DNA of 64,000 nucleotides from Escherichia coli (GTDB lineage Bacteria; Pseudomonadota; Gammaproteobacteria; Enterobacterales; Enterobacteriaceae): NCBI RefSeq assembly GCF_003790525.1, contig NZ_CP033635.1; one strand, 5' to 3'. Shown piece by piece: positions 63,956 to 64,000 of this stretch (position 1 is its first letter; each line of letters starts with the position of its first letter). The notes under the pieces were generated by a model. It saw only the letters and a program-made list of their open reading frames with translations, ran no database searches and was not told where the DNA came from. The position numbers and the translations under genes were made by a program.

Positions 63956-64000
63956 ATGAGTATGTCAACATCCACTGAAGTCATCGCTCATCACTGGGCA
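63956..64000 (+). CDS. nuoA: NADH-quinone oxidoreductase subunit A, first 15 codons (partial; continues beyond window end)
   Basis: ATG at 63956 gives MSMSTSTEVIAHHWA..., matching the NuoA N-terminus; synteny after lrhA. Confidence 0.8.
   Translation, partial: MSMSTSTEVIAHHWA

Overview
This window reads as an Enterobacteriaceae (Escherichia coli-type) chromosomal segment with gene order matching, from memory, the E. coli K-12 argW-to-nuoA region in reverse orientation. It runs from a partial P4-type integrase next to tRNA-Arg (argW), through yfdC, mlaA, yfdF, fadL, yfcZ, fadIJ, sixA, the yfc chaperone-usher fimbrial operon, smrB, prmB, aroC, mepA, fabB, pdxB-usg-truA-dedA, accD, folC, dedD, cvpA-purF-ubiX, argT-hisJQMP, pta-ackA, alaA and lrhA, to the first codons of nuoA. 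Almost all of it is conserved housekeeping backbone. The one clear accessory element is a ~2.1 kb two-gene insertion (17852-19979, minus strand) between yfcO and smrB, which are adjacent in K-12 as I recall it. It encodes a 452-aa ABC/SMC-type ATPase overlapping by 17 nt a 219-aa HNH-motif protein, which I interpret as a candidate Septu-like (PtuA/PtuB-type) anti-phage defence pair with no retron partner. Other points of note are an intact yfcU usher (a pseudogene in K-12), a tandemly repeated AT-rich yfdF allele, and the integrase at the left edge marking an argW island that continues outside the window. No rRNA, CRISPR array or IS element was seen. All calls come from reading the sequence and ORF track plus recalled family and K-12 knowledge; no searches were run and coordinates of small sites are approximate.
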